NCBI GenBank assembly: GCA_963693365.1
Contig: CAVNZM010000003.1
Coordinates: 11,319,651-11,383,650 of the forward strand
Origin: Amoebidium appalachense
Taxonomy: Eukaryota; Protista; Ichthyosporea
Length of the DNA: 64,000 nt
Direction: 5' to 3'
Position 1 is the stretch's first letter. Each line of letters starts with the position of its first letter. The notes beneath the pieces are model-generated. The model worked only from the letters and a program-made list of their open reading frames with translations, was not told where the DNA came from and made no database searches. Of this stretch, positions 32,709-64,000 are shown in pieces. Made by a program: the position numbers and the translations under genes.

Positions 32709-33197
32709 TAAAAGCGCGTGCGCCTGTACAATCCTTACAGGATGTCATGTGTCTCAGAGTATATCAGTACAGGAGCGGCACACATGCAAAGCATGGGGAA
32801 AAAAAACATCCCAGGAAACACCTCCATGGTCAGGAGGAGTGCCTACCCATGTGTGTAATGTTTCGAACACAAGAATACATTCACGTTACTATTCAGATGC
32901 ACTTCATGCATAAAGTCTCCACCAAAAACCAAAAAAACAAAAACGGATAGAAACAACCAAACTACGTAATACAGTAAACTAACAAAAAAAAAAAAAAAAA
33001 AAAAAACACAAAACAAACAGAACAGAACAGAACAGAACAGTTTCTAAAAAACAAACCACAAAAAATATCCTTTTTGGAAAAAAAAACCTTTTTGCCGCCC
33101 ACTCCAACACATCCCAAAAACACAACAACAATCAAGAGCCCCCCCTCCCCCCAACCAAACAAAGAACTACCTGCACACCACATGCATCACTCACTCA

Positions 33198-51210
<18,013 letters not shown>

Positions 51211-51801
51211 GATTGAACCCACGATAGCGAAGAGAGATCTTGGAATTCCCTCGGTAAATGGAGAGTTAGTTATGTGTTAATGAGTTGCTTTCACAGTGCT
51301 TGGAACCAATGAGGCGACCCAGGTTTTTCTGGTCGGTGTTGCTAGGAAACTGCCAACTTGTGCAAAGCTAGTTGAATACACCTGTCTACTAACACAAAAA
51401 GTCCTTTGATCATCCATGACCACCGCAGGGCCGCAAATTTAGCAAGAAGGAATGACGTAATCAGGATTTAGTCTTCATCTAGAGCGTTACTTTGTTAAAC
51501 AAAAAAAGAGTTAAATGCAACAGAAATCAGCTCAAAGAGTATACTATCTTTAGACTAAGTCAATGATGTCATGAGAACGAGTGTGAGTGAGAGAGAGGGA
51601 GAGAGGGAGACCCGGATGGAGAGAGTTGGACAGCTAGAGTGATAGAAAGAGAAGGGAAGAGAGAGAGAGCTAGAGGGACACAAAGAGAGAGAGAGTCAGG
51701 CGGATACACACACACACAGAGAGAGAGAGAGAGCTAGAGGGACAAGGGAGATAGAGATAGATAGATAGATACAGAGACAGGGAGAGAGAAGGAGAGAGAG
51801 G

Positions 51802-51838
<37 letters not shown>

Positions 51839-52127
51839 GAGGGAGAGAGGGAGAGAGAGAATGGAGAGGGAGAGGGAGAAAGAGAGGGAGAAGAAGAGAG
51901 AGAGGGAAGAGAGAGAGAAAGAGAGAGGGAGGGAGAGAGAGGGGGGGGGGGGGGGGGGGGGGAGAGAGGGGGGAGGGGAGAGGGAGAGGGAGAGGGAGAG
52001 GGAGAGGGAGAGGGAGAGAGGGAGGGAAAGAGGGAGGGAGAGGGAGGAGGGGGGGGGGGGGGGGGAGAGAGAGAGAGAGAGAGAGGAGAGGGAGGGGGGA
52101 GGGGGGGGGAGAGAGAGAGAGAGAAAG

Positions 52128-52174
<47 letters not shown>

Positions 52175-52502
52175 CGGGCCGAGGCAAGAAAGGGCAGAGT
52201 GTGGGTAGGGGAGGGAAGGAGGTTGGGGGAGAGAGGGGGAGCAAGAAAAGATTGGGGATGCTATGAGCACAGGCCGTATGCCAAGTTGTGCAAAGGATTG
52301 CTTGTAGCATGTTCATATCTTGGTCCGGTCCGTTTGGAATCCAGTCCAGCACGGAAAACTAGAATACAGGGGCGGTGTGAGAATATGTGATAACACATGT
52401 GATATGCTAAACCTTTATTCTCTTAAAATAAAATACATTTTCTTTGTTGCATTCAGAACATCAAACAAGTAAAATGAACAATTTGTTTTTCATCATTTTT
52501 CA

Positions 52503-52662
52503 TCACAATTTCCTTTCCATCTTCTTGCCCTTTGGCAGGGTACCAAACAGTTTGCCCTCCCTTATGCTCTGCTTCCTCGCCTCGGCCACCGCCCTGTGTA
52601 CCTGCTTGCCATGTTGTGTGGTTGCATCCTCGATTTCCTCTGGTGACCTGCTTTCAACTTTC
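52503..52662 (-). other. Orphan terminal-exon-like segment
   Basis: Acceptor tttccgcag| followed by KVESRSPEEIEDATTQHGKQVHRAVAEARKQSIREGKLFGTLPKGKKMERKL*. No convincing upstream exon was found. Confidence 0.3.
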
Positions 52663-52927
52663 CTGCGGAAATAGAAGCACCTCCAGGGTTACCTTGACAG
52701 ATCGTGTACACACACGAGTTATAGGAAAGGGTGATGGTTTGATGGGTTTAAAGATTGAAAGGCAATTTGGATTTGAAACCAGCATTTTTGCTGTTTCCAG
52801 ACTTTCGAGATCCCATACTCTAGTGTCCTCTCCATTTTCTTTTCCTGCTCAGATTCCATGTCTGTGTTTTGTCGGAGAGCCTCAAAGGATACCCCGAGGG
52901 GTCCCCCTCCCCCCTCCCCCCTTCCCC

Positions 52928-52983
<56 letters not shown>

Positions 52984-53489
52984 ACAGTCCGTAACACATA
53001 CGCACACGGACACACGCCACACCACACCAAAGACCACACCATATAAAAGTGGTGTATCAAAGTAAGGGGGCTGATATGCTGTCCTTGGAGTTTACTCGCA
53101 GAGCAATATTGCAGGAAACAAAGTCATGTGGAGATCTTACAACTTCCTCCGTTTACACAAGCAGTTCTAAGAAGCTTCATGGGTAACCTACATTTCTTGA
53201 AGCTTCCGCGCCACTTTTTCTCCGAATCCATCTCCTGCTTACGCCCATTTCAGCATCGTTCATACATGTGATTTGACATAAGCCTACGGCAGTCAACTAA
53301 ACTCGTCTTTGCTACCCCCATGCGCGTGGCAATTTGCATTGCGTGTGCAAGTGTATACATGCAGACACATACACAGGTTTTAAAAAAAAAAAAAAAACAC
53401 ATAAAAGAACGCAACCTCTTTAGGCATGCATACGTTATAAAACATTCGTGCTAAAGGTGGTAGGGCGCGTGCGTGTGCATGTGTACACA

Positions 53490-53522
<33 letters not shown>

Positions 53523-54183
53523 CGGACACGCACACGCACACACACACACACACACACGCAACGTGGCACGCAGACATGCACACACGCACGGCCACTCAAG
53601 GACACACACCCGGTCCCGACCACAGAATAAAGCTCAAGCGCACAAACTCGTTCACCCACACGAGAGCCATAAGATCACACAATCACGCGTCCATTTCAGT
53701 TCCGTATGCACCTCTGTGGCCGGGTTTGTCGGAGAGTGCTCTGGAAAAACAGAGTGCTGCTAAGCTCCGGCCCCCGGGGCGTGCCAAGCAAAATGTGTTT
53801 CTGGCCAGCGCCATCCTTGCACAGGAACTTATATCTCACAGTGTGAATCAAAAACTGTACAGACGCCGATCACAGTGACAAACCGGTTTGATAGTCTGAC
53901 TATCGTGATACCGACTGTTGTGAAGACTATGTACACGTAAAGAACTTATTTCAAACTAAAAAAGGCCGTCCCGCGGGTGCGGATATGACGTCACAAATAG
54001 GAGACCTTTGGATGGTGGAATGCTTGACGCAACTCGAGGCCTTCAAGTGTCGTTTTGTTTTCAAGTGTTTTGTTCGAGTTGTTCCTTTCCTACAAAGAAA
54101 AGTACATACATATATATAGAACTAATTGCTTATCTGAACCAGCTTTATTATTGTATGATTTCCATGCTTCTGCAGCCTTCACC

Positions 54184-56349
54184 ATGGACTCTGAGGAAAC
54201 AGAGGAGGAAACCCTTTTTGACGCCAATGATGGACTCCGGCTACTGGAAAGCAGCCTGAGGACTGCAGCGTCCAACGTGGCACTCGTTCGCGCTTGAGCC
54301 AAGGCAGTGCAAGCTGCAATCGAAGAGGTGGAAGCTAAGAAGAAGCAACTGGATGAAGACAGGTAAAGAGAAGGGATGGGGAACGGTGGGGGGGGGAGGG
54401 GGGGGAGGGGGGGGTATGGCTGGTGAGGGGGAACGGATGGGTGGGTTGGTTGATGGGTTGGAGAGAGGGGCTGAGTGAGGGAGGGAGGGAGGGAGGGAGG
54501 GTAGAGAGAGGGAGGGATGGAAAGGGGGAGGGATGGGGGGGGGGGGGGGGGGGAGAAGAGAGAGAGATGTAGAGAGACAGATTGAGAGACAGAGACAGAG
54601 AGAGAGAAGGGAGGGGGGGGGAAGGAGGGATGGAGAGAGAGAGAGAGAGAGGGAGGGAGGGCGGGAGAGAGGGAGAAGAGGATCACACCAAGCCAAGCCC
54701 TCAAACTTTTTTTTTCCACATCATCACCTTCAGCTCGCACTGCACTTAACCTCTCTGCCCTAGCTATAGAGATTTTCGAGCACTAGGCTAATCACACCTC
54801 GAATCCACAATTCCAGAGCGCAGTTTGAGCGTGAGCGTGAGGCCGTGCGTGTGCTGGAGGCCCAGGGCAGTGACCGGGTGGTTCTGGACGTGGGTGGGCG
54901 CACCTTTGCCACCACCCGACAGACACTCTCTGCCTTCCCAGACTCCATGTTGGCTGCCTGGTTTAGCGGCCGCCACAGCATCAAAACACGTCCGGACGGC
55001 ACAGTGTTCATCGACCGCTCACCCGAGTTGTTTGTATACGTGCTGGAGTTTCTGCGTGTGCGTGGGAACGGGTCATGGATGCCTGATGATGGTAGTTTGC
55101 GCACGCAGTTGAAAGATGAGTTTGACTTCTATTGCTTGCCGTGGTTGGGGGCAACGGAAAGCATGTTTGAAGCCATGAACGGAGAATATGATTGTGTTGA
55201 CTTGGAGCAGCCTCCCAAGGATTTCATCCTCGACCATGTACTTTTGGACGCCAGCGTAAACCGTGTCGTCGGCTATGGTTGCGTGAATAGGCCAAAATGA
55301 AGAACATGTTCTTTTTGTTGGTTTGTGGGACACGGAAACCGGAAAGAGGCTGAAGGTGTGGCGAACGGGGATGGAAACGAAACAAGGACGATCCTATTCT
55401 ACAGTGATTCTGAAGGGACAGTATATGATTGTGCTGTCCCGCACGTACGACGATCGAGCGTTTAGGACACCTGCCCACAAAGCCTTTGTTTACAGCAGTG
55501 CAGATGGGTCGAAAGAATGGGTTTCGACTTCAGGGGCAATATGGCAAACAGCATGGATGTTCTTCACAACACCCTTGTGGTGGAACACGTGAGAGGGCCC
55601 ATCACCGCCTACGACATCGTTACGGGGAGGGAGGTTTGGAAGAAAACATCAGCGGACCAGGGGAGTTACGAAACTGCTCAGATGTCCTCTGACGTTGCCA
55701 TTTTGCGGGAGCGAATCGGCGATGTGAACCACTGGAGAGTGCTTGCACCAACGGGAGAAACATTGTACACATGGGCGCTTGAACATGGGTCCCCGGCAAC
55801 AGAATGGCACAAGCGGGCAACAAGACTTGTGGGGAGAAATCTGTGGTTGGCATGGGTACCAAAGTATCGAAGTCGACCGGCCGATGAAGATGAGGACTCT
55901 GAGAAAGAACGCGCGTCAGCGGGCAGATTCGAGGATGACGTGGAGTTTTGGATGCGGGAGAGTGCAACACGACTACCGGTTATCGTTTCTGTGTATGATG
56001 AGATGCAGGGTGACATTTTGCCCCATTCCCCCCTCAAGGGTGTGGTGTTGCATGAGATGCCAGACAAGATCGTGTTTGCGAGTGACAATGTGCTGTGCAT
56101 AGCAAAACGATCGATGCGGATATCACGGCATGTTACATTGCTTGGCAGGGGGGGAAAGTGAACGTGCTAGGTAGTGTGGTGCTGGATGTGGGGAATGGGT
56201 TTGGTGGTTGGCCATGGAGTCTACGGGATCGTCTTGATGGGTATGTGATGAATGGGGTACAGGTGGTTGGGTACACGCGAATGGGTCAGATTAAGCTCAT
56301 AAGTCCAAAAGAGCAAAGGGCACACAAGCGGCTGCGTGTGGATGGTTAA
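54184..56349 (+). pseudogene. KCTD-type BTB/POZ protein with C-terminal beta-propeller-like region, disrupted
   Basis: Exon 54184-54362, intron, exon 54817-56349. T1-BTB motif VVLDVGGRTFATTRQTL..PDSMLAAWFSGR..FIDRSPELFVYVLEFLR and PQQ-like AYDIVTGREVWK. In-frame TGA at 54295 and frameshifts near 55290, 55520 and 56105. Confidence 0.8.
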
Positions 56350-57420
56350 GGGAGGGGGGGGGGGGGAGGGGGGAGGACATTCATAGTGATGGGTAATGTG
56401 CTGATGTCAGGTGCAGGGTGATTGATGTGTTAGATTGCATGGTTTCGGTTCTGTAAATCATAATCAGACCTGCAAGCATGTTGAGGGGTTCGTGTCGATG
56501 TACTCATATATAGGTGAATGATAGCAATAGTTGGACTTACTGTTCGGTATGTATACGGCCCCCTTGCCATAGATGGAGTATGGGGTCACTATTAACATAT
56601 TATCAAAATGCCTCTGTCCTCAATATTATTTATGTGCACATAGCGCATGTGCTCCAGCGTGAGCTGATACGTGCATATTGGATGCAAGTGTCTGTGCACA
56701 CGTGTTTTGTGCATGTGGACTAGCACGTGTGCATGCATGCGCAAATACACACCGTAAACGACAGCCAACAGTAAATACAGGCTCTATGCGGTGTACAGCC
56801 ACTGATGCACGTGCGCTTGCACGGCACGGTGTTGGCAAAATCAACCCCCCCCCCCCCCCCCCTCCGAACCTTGCAATTGCAACCCCAACCCCTCGAGTTC
56901 CCCCCCCCCCCACCCCCTACCTCCCCCTCACCCCCCTCCCCCTGCCCGCGGGGGTCCCCCAGGGGGCCGGGGGATGGAGGGGGAGGAGGCTAGCGCTTTG
57001 TTTCCATATATGCATTTCACCATTTTCGTCTGTGACGTCCCCGGCCAATAGACATCATTTGGTGCACGTGGTCACGTGTTCACGTACATGTACATCTGTG
57101 TAAACGTTAGGTCCTCATATATGGTATGACACGGTGTGTACTTTGCCGATAGTGTTTGGGCGTGTCCCTTTGCCCCCCTATTTCCTCCTTCATTCTTCCT
57201 TCCTTTCTTTGTTTTCTTCTCTAGATTTTTTTTCATTTTCTCTCGGCAGGGATGATGTGTGTGTCATATGTGACGTGTGTGTGTAGTGGGGGGGGGGGGG
57301 GGCATTGCTGTAAGCTTGTTTTTCTTGTTTATTAAATTCATTATCTCTGTTACTGGCCGGTGTGTTTCATATGTCTATGTATCAGTACATCGTACAAAGG
57401 CCTCTAAAGGAATAAATATC

Positions 57421-57456
57421 GGATGATTTTAACGGTCATGACCGTTAAAATCATCC
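57421..57456. repeat. Perfect 36-bp palindrome
   Basis: GGATGATTTTAACGGTCA|TGACCGTTAAAATCATCC with no spacer. Confidence 0.95.
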
Positions 57457-57585
57457 ATTAAGTAGCTTGCACCGGTTCGAATTTCTCTAATTATGATACA
57501 TAATTATATATGCCCTACTGCTGCGCCCCTTCCCCCTTTCCCTCCATATCTTCCCCCCACCCAGTGCTCCTCACCCTAAAATCAC

Positions 57586-57619
<34 letters not shown>

Positions 57620-57666
57620 AGGCGGCCTGCCACCACCACCACTACCACCACCACACGCACACACGC

Positions 57667-57697
<31 letters not shown>

Positions 57698-57940
57698 TGG
57701 ACACACGCGCTCGCGGCCCTGAAGCGGCAAGATTATGTACTGAATCTACTGTCAGGAGAGCAGCTATCCCTTAACCAGAGTAACTAATCATTGGTACATA
57801 AACTGAGTATTCGTACATTATCAAGCATTAACTTTATGAGCGAAAAAGAGTACATGCCGCCTATAATAAGCATTAGTTTCATTACTAAAATCATCATCTT
57901 CGGACCCGAATTAGCTAAATTTTACCGTTAAATTAACCCT

Positions 57941-58586
57941 TTACAAGTCCAGCATTTGCCTAACCGCAGGATTTGTGTCCTGTGCGCCTATATGGCGTGT
58001 GTTGTATCTGAGGGCATTGAGCAGAGTCTTTGTGTGCAGGTCCATGGCCCACGTGCTGTGGTTCTGCCGCCGCAACAATGCACGGATGACCTGCCGTGCC
58101 TAGTGGGGGTTAAGGGAGGAGAGAGAGGGGGGGAGGAGGAGGAGGGGGGGATGATGGGTTAGGGTTAAAGGTTACTAGTAGGGCGGTATTTCTATGTCGT
58201 TTCCTTAAATGGTGATTTCTATATGCCTCAAAAAGAGCATCCCCCCATGGATTGTGTAGGAGAAAATGGTGGGTTAGAGAAAACGGCGTAAATCCCCATT
58301 TCTCTTATTCCGTTATAACTAAACTATATGGCAAATTTCTATATATGCCTTAAAAAGGCGCCATGTGATTTGACAATCATACGGTAGCTGGCAAGGCAAA
58401 CAGTCGATCATGATTCCGATGCCATGATGCTATGAAGGCTTAATGTGGCGATTTCCGGTGTGGCATCGGTGTGACGGGGGTAACTAATCACGAGGCTTAG
58501 CAGATGCTTTGGCTATAGATGAACGGTTATTTCCTCTGTCATACAATGGTGTTAAGATTCACACAGCAGATAAAAGAGGTGTGTGT

Positions 58587-58618
<32 letters not shown>

Positions 58619-60587
58619 GTAAAGTGAAGGATCAGCTTTCACCATGAGAAAAACAACATGGCAGAGTTGCATTGCCATTGAATATTTGGATCTGGCTTGT
58701 ACAAGAAATGGCAGGGTGGGGGTGTGTGGGGCTCGGGGTGGGGAGGGTGGGTGAGTGGGGAGAAGCGGGGGGGGGGGGGGGGGGGGGGGGGGGGGTATTG
58801 GCCATACATCCATGGGTGACTTCTTTGTGAACACGCCGGTGGGGTGGGTGTGGTCGTAGAGCAGAAGACTGCCAACGGCAAGGTGCAGGTACAGGGCGGT
58901 GGTGTCGACCGGTTGCTGCAGCCTTCCAGTCACCTCCCTGCGTTAAAATAGATTAAAAAAGCTTGTTGTGATTTACGAGAGCCGAGGTGCTAGGCTGAGA
59001 AAACCTTACAGTGGCTGGCTTTATCCCCCCCCCCCCCCCCCCCCCCCCCCACCCACCCACCCCTCCCCGTCCCCCTTCCCCACTATGCACACACACACAC
59101 ATGCACACCCTCCCACACACCTCAGCTTCTGGAGGATTTCCACCTCCTGCATGCCAACTGAAAAGCGGGCGGAAAGGGGGGAAAGGGGGGAGGCACATTT
59201 GAGGTCTTGGTGTGTAGTGTATTTCTGTTGTGTGTGTGTGTGTGGGAGGAGGAGGATGGGGAGGTGGGGTGAGGGGGGCACTCACGGGTTTTCGGCCAGG
59301 CCGAGAGAGAGGTTATGGATGGCCGTACAGCAGCCGAGTATGCAGTCCTGTGATATCTTGTTCTGTGAAGGGGAGGGGGGGGGGGATGTGGGGAGGGCAA
59401 AGGGGGAGGGGGGGGGGGGGGGGGGGGGGGTTGCAAGTGGGAAAGAAAAGCAGGTTGCAAAGAAAGAAGTGAGGGTGAAGGCAGGGAATGGATGGTGGCA
59501 GGCCTAATGAGTATTATTTTTTATTTTTTTTTATTTTTTTTTGGGGGGGGGGGGGGGGGGGAGGGAGGGATCTGGGGAAAGGGAGGTATTGTTGAGGTTG
59601 AATGCAGCGGTGTGCTGAGGTTCGTACATGGTACATGAAACTGTCCAATCCTACTGGGGTGCAGAGTGTATATGCGTGAAGTGGTTGTGTGTGTGCGACT
59701 GTCAAAGTATGGGAGTGTTAGGAAGGATGGTTAAGAGAAGGAGGGAGGGGGGAGGGGGGAGGGGGGGGGGGGGGGGGGAGGGGGGGGGGGATGGTCAAGC
59801 TCTTGAGCAGGGGGTGCTAGATCATGCGGATGGCTGTACATGTAGGGAGCTGTCTCTCTTCGATAAGTGCTCGTTTGATGGGAGGGGGGGGAGGGGGAGG
59901 GGCGGGGGGAGGGGGGGAGGGGAGGGGGGGGGGTTGGAAGTGCTTGAATGGCGGAGTTGCATGCATGGGGGTAATCACGATGAATGCTTTGCGGGGGGGG
60001 GGGGGGGGGGGGGGGGAGGGAGGGGGGGGGGGGGGGGGGGGTTGGGCAGTTTGAAACACACCTCTCTGATCAGCCGGGCAGTGGTATCGACTAGAACCTT
60101 GAAGAAGGGGCAGGGGTAGGCATAGAACAGGGACATGTGGTTGGCCTCAGTGTCATCTAGAAGAACAGGTGCCTGGAAAGTGGGGAGGGAGGGGGGAGGG
60201 GAGGGGGGGAGGTTGAAATGATGGGGCAGATACACAACGAAGCGCATATTGGTGTAGGGGGATGGAGAGAAGACCGTGAAGGTGGATGGGTGGGTGGGGG
60301 AAGGGGGGGAGGGGGGAGGGAAGGGGAAGAGGTTGTCAGCAAAAAGGACGTGCACATGGACACATACCAGACAACAAGGAATCGGAATAAGCATGTGAGG
60401 TTCTAGAAGACAGGAAAAGAGCATCGACAGGAAGATACATGGGTATAATGGGTATAAGGCAGGTTTTCTCCTTTCCTCTTCGTTCCTTACTAAATCTTTT
60501 TCCTCGTTTTATTTGGTTGTTGGGGAAATGGTGGTGGCGGTAGTGGTGGTAGTTGTTGCCCGTGGTTGTGGTAGTGTGTCTGTCTGT

Positions 60588-60618
<31 letters not shown>

Positions 60619-61014
60619 GGGGGGGGGGGACCTAGAGAGAAAGAGAGAACAAAGAAGAGACACAGGAATAGAAGTGTGGGTGGCAGAGGTAGAAATTATG
60701 ATTGCCCATGTGTGTGGATTGCTGGTTGGGGCCGGAGGGCCTTTACGCGACGTGCGCGCTGAGGGGGGAGGAGAGGGGGTGGGTGTGGAGACAGAAATGG
60801 GGACGGGAAAGGGGGGGGGGGGGGAGGGGGGGGAGGGGGGAAAGGGTGGGGGGGAGGGGACTTACATCCTGGCTGTTCATCTTCTGTCTTGCCATGAGGC
60901 GGCGGTAGTGGCTGAAGTCATTCTGGAAGCACGTTTTGAGCTTCTTGGTCTCATCTGCTTGCAGGCAGAACTGATACACCTCTGTGTGTACAGACATGTT
61001 TTTTTTTTTTTTTT

Positions 61015-61045
<31 letters not shown>

Positions 61046-61587
61046 GGGGGGGAGAGGGGGAGGGATATTGTGAGGCTGAAATTTATCATAAATACGTGCG
61101 GAAACGTAAGGAATATGTGAAGGAGGCGTGTTGAAAGCGTGTATATCTATCTGTGTGTGGTGGGGTTATGTGGATCGGGGGCCGTGGGTGGGTGGGTGGG
61201 TGAATGTGGGTGCCCCGGCGGCAGGGGGGGGGGGGGGGGGGAGGGGAGGGGGAAGAGGACTCCAAAGAAATTGCCCAACATATTATCCCTTAAAAAATCA
61301 GGCACATACCTGCCAGTTGCCTCAAAAGGGCAGGCTTAGTTGGTAGCGTGCTGACTGGCTCTCCACAGAGATCTGTGTGAATCGCCAGACTGTAAGCACC
61401 CAAACTGCAGTCGAAAGGTGAAAGAAAGTGCAGTGTGGAATATAGCATCCATAGCAATAATGAACAGTGGAAATGTGAACCCAAATGGTGTTTTTAAACA
61501 AAGGGTCATGCTTACGTTGTATTTTCTTTACCATAGTGGTTGTGGATGATTGTGTGTGTAGCTGCAGGTTTGTGCCGGGGGTGGTTA

Positions 61588-61681
<94 letters not shown>

Positions 61682-62071
61682 CGCGCGTGTGTGTGCGTGT
61701 GTGTGTGTGTGCGTGTGTGTGTATGTGTATGCACGCGCGCGTGTGTGTGTGTTCTGGGGAGGGAGGGAGGAAGGGAGAGGGGAAGGGGTTAGGGGGAGAG
61801 TGTGGAATCTGAAGCCATACATAATGCGAGTGGTTTTGGCTGGAGACTCTGGGGATAATACACAGTCATGTTGATTAAGAGAAATGTGGCATTAGTTTTA
61901 CTGGAAAGAGGTGAGGAAAGGGTTGGTCCATTGCCAAATCCTCAGAACCGGGCAGGTGTGGCTTAGCAGTTCCAGCGCTCAGTTTGGGAGAGGGGGAAGG
62001 GGGTGGGGCGGGGGGTGGGAGGGGGGGGGGGGCAGGGATGGAGGGCATGGGGGGCGGGGGGGGGGGAGGGG

Positions 62072-62105
<34 letters not shown>

Positions 62106-62612
62106 TAGATAATGGGACGTACCTAGTAGCATGTCCTCCCAGCACGATTCTAGAGAGAGAAAAAAAATATCAGTACCATCGCTATCAGGGAAACAGTTTG
62201 CTTGAACAAGAGTCTGCCCTTGCAGTCTCATTTGTTGTTTATGGGTCCACGGGTGTGTATGCATATCCAACACCCCCTCCCCTCCCCCCCTCCCCTCTCT
62301 CTCTCTCTCCCCCCCCCCCTCCTTCCCCCCTCTTCCCCTCCCCCCCCCCCCCCCCCCCCCCCCCCCCGCGCTTCCGTTTCCACCCTCACCACATATTCCA
62401 GCCCAGCCTCACCCACCTTCAGAACAGTGCCTTCCTATTCTCGTCTTCAACTCTCTCCGCCTTCACCCTACCCCCAACCTCTTATAGTGTCTTCGTTCCT
62501 TTGCTTCCATAGTTGTCCTTTTGGCAAACCTCCTTACCTTTCCGCCACCATGTGATGTAGAAATGAACACACATGGGCAAAGGTGAAATGCCGAGGGAGA
62601 CGGCGGGGGGGG

Positions 62613-62643
<31 letters not shown>

Positions 62644-62891
62644 AGTGGGGAGTGGGGATAGGAGGAAGAGTGAGTGGGAGAGAGAGGGAGGAAGAGATAA
62701 AAGAGAGGGAGAAGAAGGCGTTAGGAGGGGGGGGCGGGGAGGGGGGGGAAGGGCGGGGGAGGGGGGGTGGAAGGGGGAGGGCTACCTAGGTTAGTTGCAA
62801 AGATAAAGAACCGTTGCAATTGCTTGGCTAGAGGAGTGAGGGTCTGTAGCAGGTTGGCTGTGTCCGTGGCTGTGTTCTTGGAGATGGCAGC

Positions 62892-62990
<99 letters not shown>

Positions 62991-63536
62991 TCCGCGTGTG
63001 TGTCGGTGGAAGTGGGTTAATGTGAGTAGGTGGTTGGTTGGGTGGGTGGGTGGATGCTGTGTGTGTGGGTGTACGCGTGGACGAGTGTGTGTGCATGTGT
63101 ATAAGGATGCTGGGGCAGGTGTGGGGTGGTTGGCGGGGTTAAGTGTATGTGCGTTTATGGAGAGAGAGGGGGGAGGGTAGGGGGGACGGGAGGAGAAGGG
63201 GGAGGGGGGAGGAGGGTGTTGAGAGGCAATCGGAACTTCGGCGGTTGTGGTGGTGTCGGAGAAAGGGGGTATAGTGAGCGGCGAATGATTGATTGGAGGA
63301 GGGGTGGAAAGAGGGATGGGGGGGGGGGGGGGGGGGGGGGGGAAGGCTAAGGAGAATGCCGTATTCTGGGTGGGGTGGGTCACGGTTGGGGGGGAAGGGG
63401 GGGGGGGGGAGGTTGGAGGGAAATTTGGGTATGAAGACTGGCGGGTGATGGTGTGGAGGAATTAGGGGAGGGGATACATACCTGATTTCTTGGTCTGCGC
63501 CCTGATAAGCACCCATCTCCTTGAGGATAGACTCGG

Positions 63537-63539
<3 letters not shown>
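57941..63539 (-). CDS. CYRI: CYFIP-related Rac1 interactor (CYRI/FAM49), 5'-partial
   Basis: Exons 63539-63482, 62892-62786, 62149-62123, 61372-61310, 60981-60866, 60172-60062, 59362-59286, 58937-58808 and 58099-57941. Motifs [41 protein letters not shown] and [11 protein letters not shown] are collinear with FAM49. The start lies right of the window. Confidence 0.92.
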
Positions 63540-63583
<44 letters not shown>

Positions 63584-64000
63584 ACATGTGTGATTACGAA
63601 TAGATATGGGCACTAAACAGACACTGCTTTGTTCCCTCGAAATGTCTAGCAATCGTACAGAGATACGGACATGATAACCCACCGGCGTATCAAATACCGG
63701 TGTGAGCATGTGTGTGTGCGTGCGCACTCTTCTGTGTTTGTGTGCGCGCATAGAAATAATTGAAACAGAGCCACAAAAGAAGTGCGACATGGAAGGGGAT
63801 GGGGCGGCGGGGGGAGGGGGGGAGGGTAGGGAGGAAGGGGGGGGAGGGTGAGGGAGGGGGGGGGGGGGGGGGGGGGGGGGAGGGGGGGAGAGGGAAACAA
63901 GTAATCTTAGAGTCTGACTGCTTCACGGATCACGCAATGTCAGGTACAACGTGGGTGCAAGAGGTGATGAATGATGTTGGGGGTTGGGGGGGCTAGAGAG

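Noticed and set aside
54295-54297. Selenocysteine or readthrough at the BTB gene TGA
   Set aside because: Coiled-coil context, additional frameshifts downstream, and no SECIS recognised.
58156-58173. Telomere-like GGGTTAGGGTTA
   Set aside because: Only two units; on the sense strand this is the CTAAC branch-point region of the last CYRI intron.
59121-59146. Candidate CYRI microexon EVEILQKL
   Set aside because: Out of phase with the upstream exon (gives a stop), and the flanking exons join correctly without it.

Overview
Eukaryotic genomic DNA, probably from a unicellular opisthokont or other protist (inferred, not provable from this window). Short exons sit in introns packed with (AC)n/(GT)n, (GA)n and poly-C/poly-G, so almost all of the supplied ORF track is microsatellite translation. 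Manual splicing recovers six host genes: PP2A catalytic subunit (-, 3' end outside window), NDUFA5 (+), a small ankyrin-repeat protein (-), a CYP7/CYP51-like cytochrome P450 (-), a 15-exon ~800-aa ATAD1/Msp1-type AAA ATPase (-) and CYRI/FAM49 (-, 5' end outside window). There is also a disrupted KCTD-type BTB gene (+). Mobile DNA includes a 3.2-kb PIF/Harbinger-type element carrying an intact spliced Myb/SANT gene but no transposase, itself nested in an older repeat, and a 2.8-kb hAT-like element with an 8-bp TSD containing a 5'-truncated LINE fragment. The most unusual signals concern intron architecture: (AC)n or poly-C in place of a U-rich tract at many 3' splice sites, two apparent CG acceptors, decaying copies of splice junctions inside introns, and a ~170-bp element shared by several introns that carries hammerhead-like boxes. 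Consensus error at repeat edges cannot be excluded.
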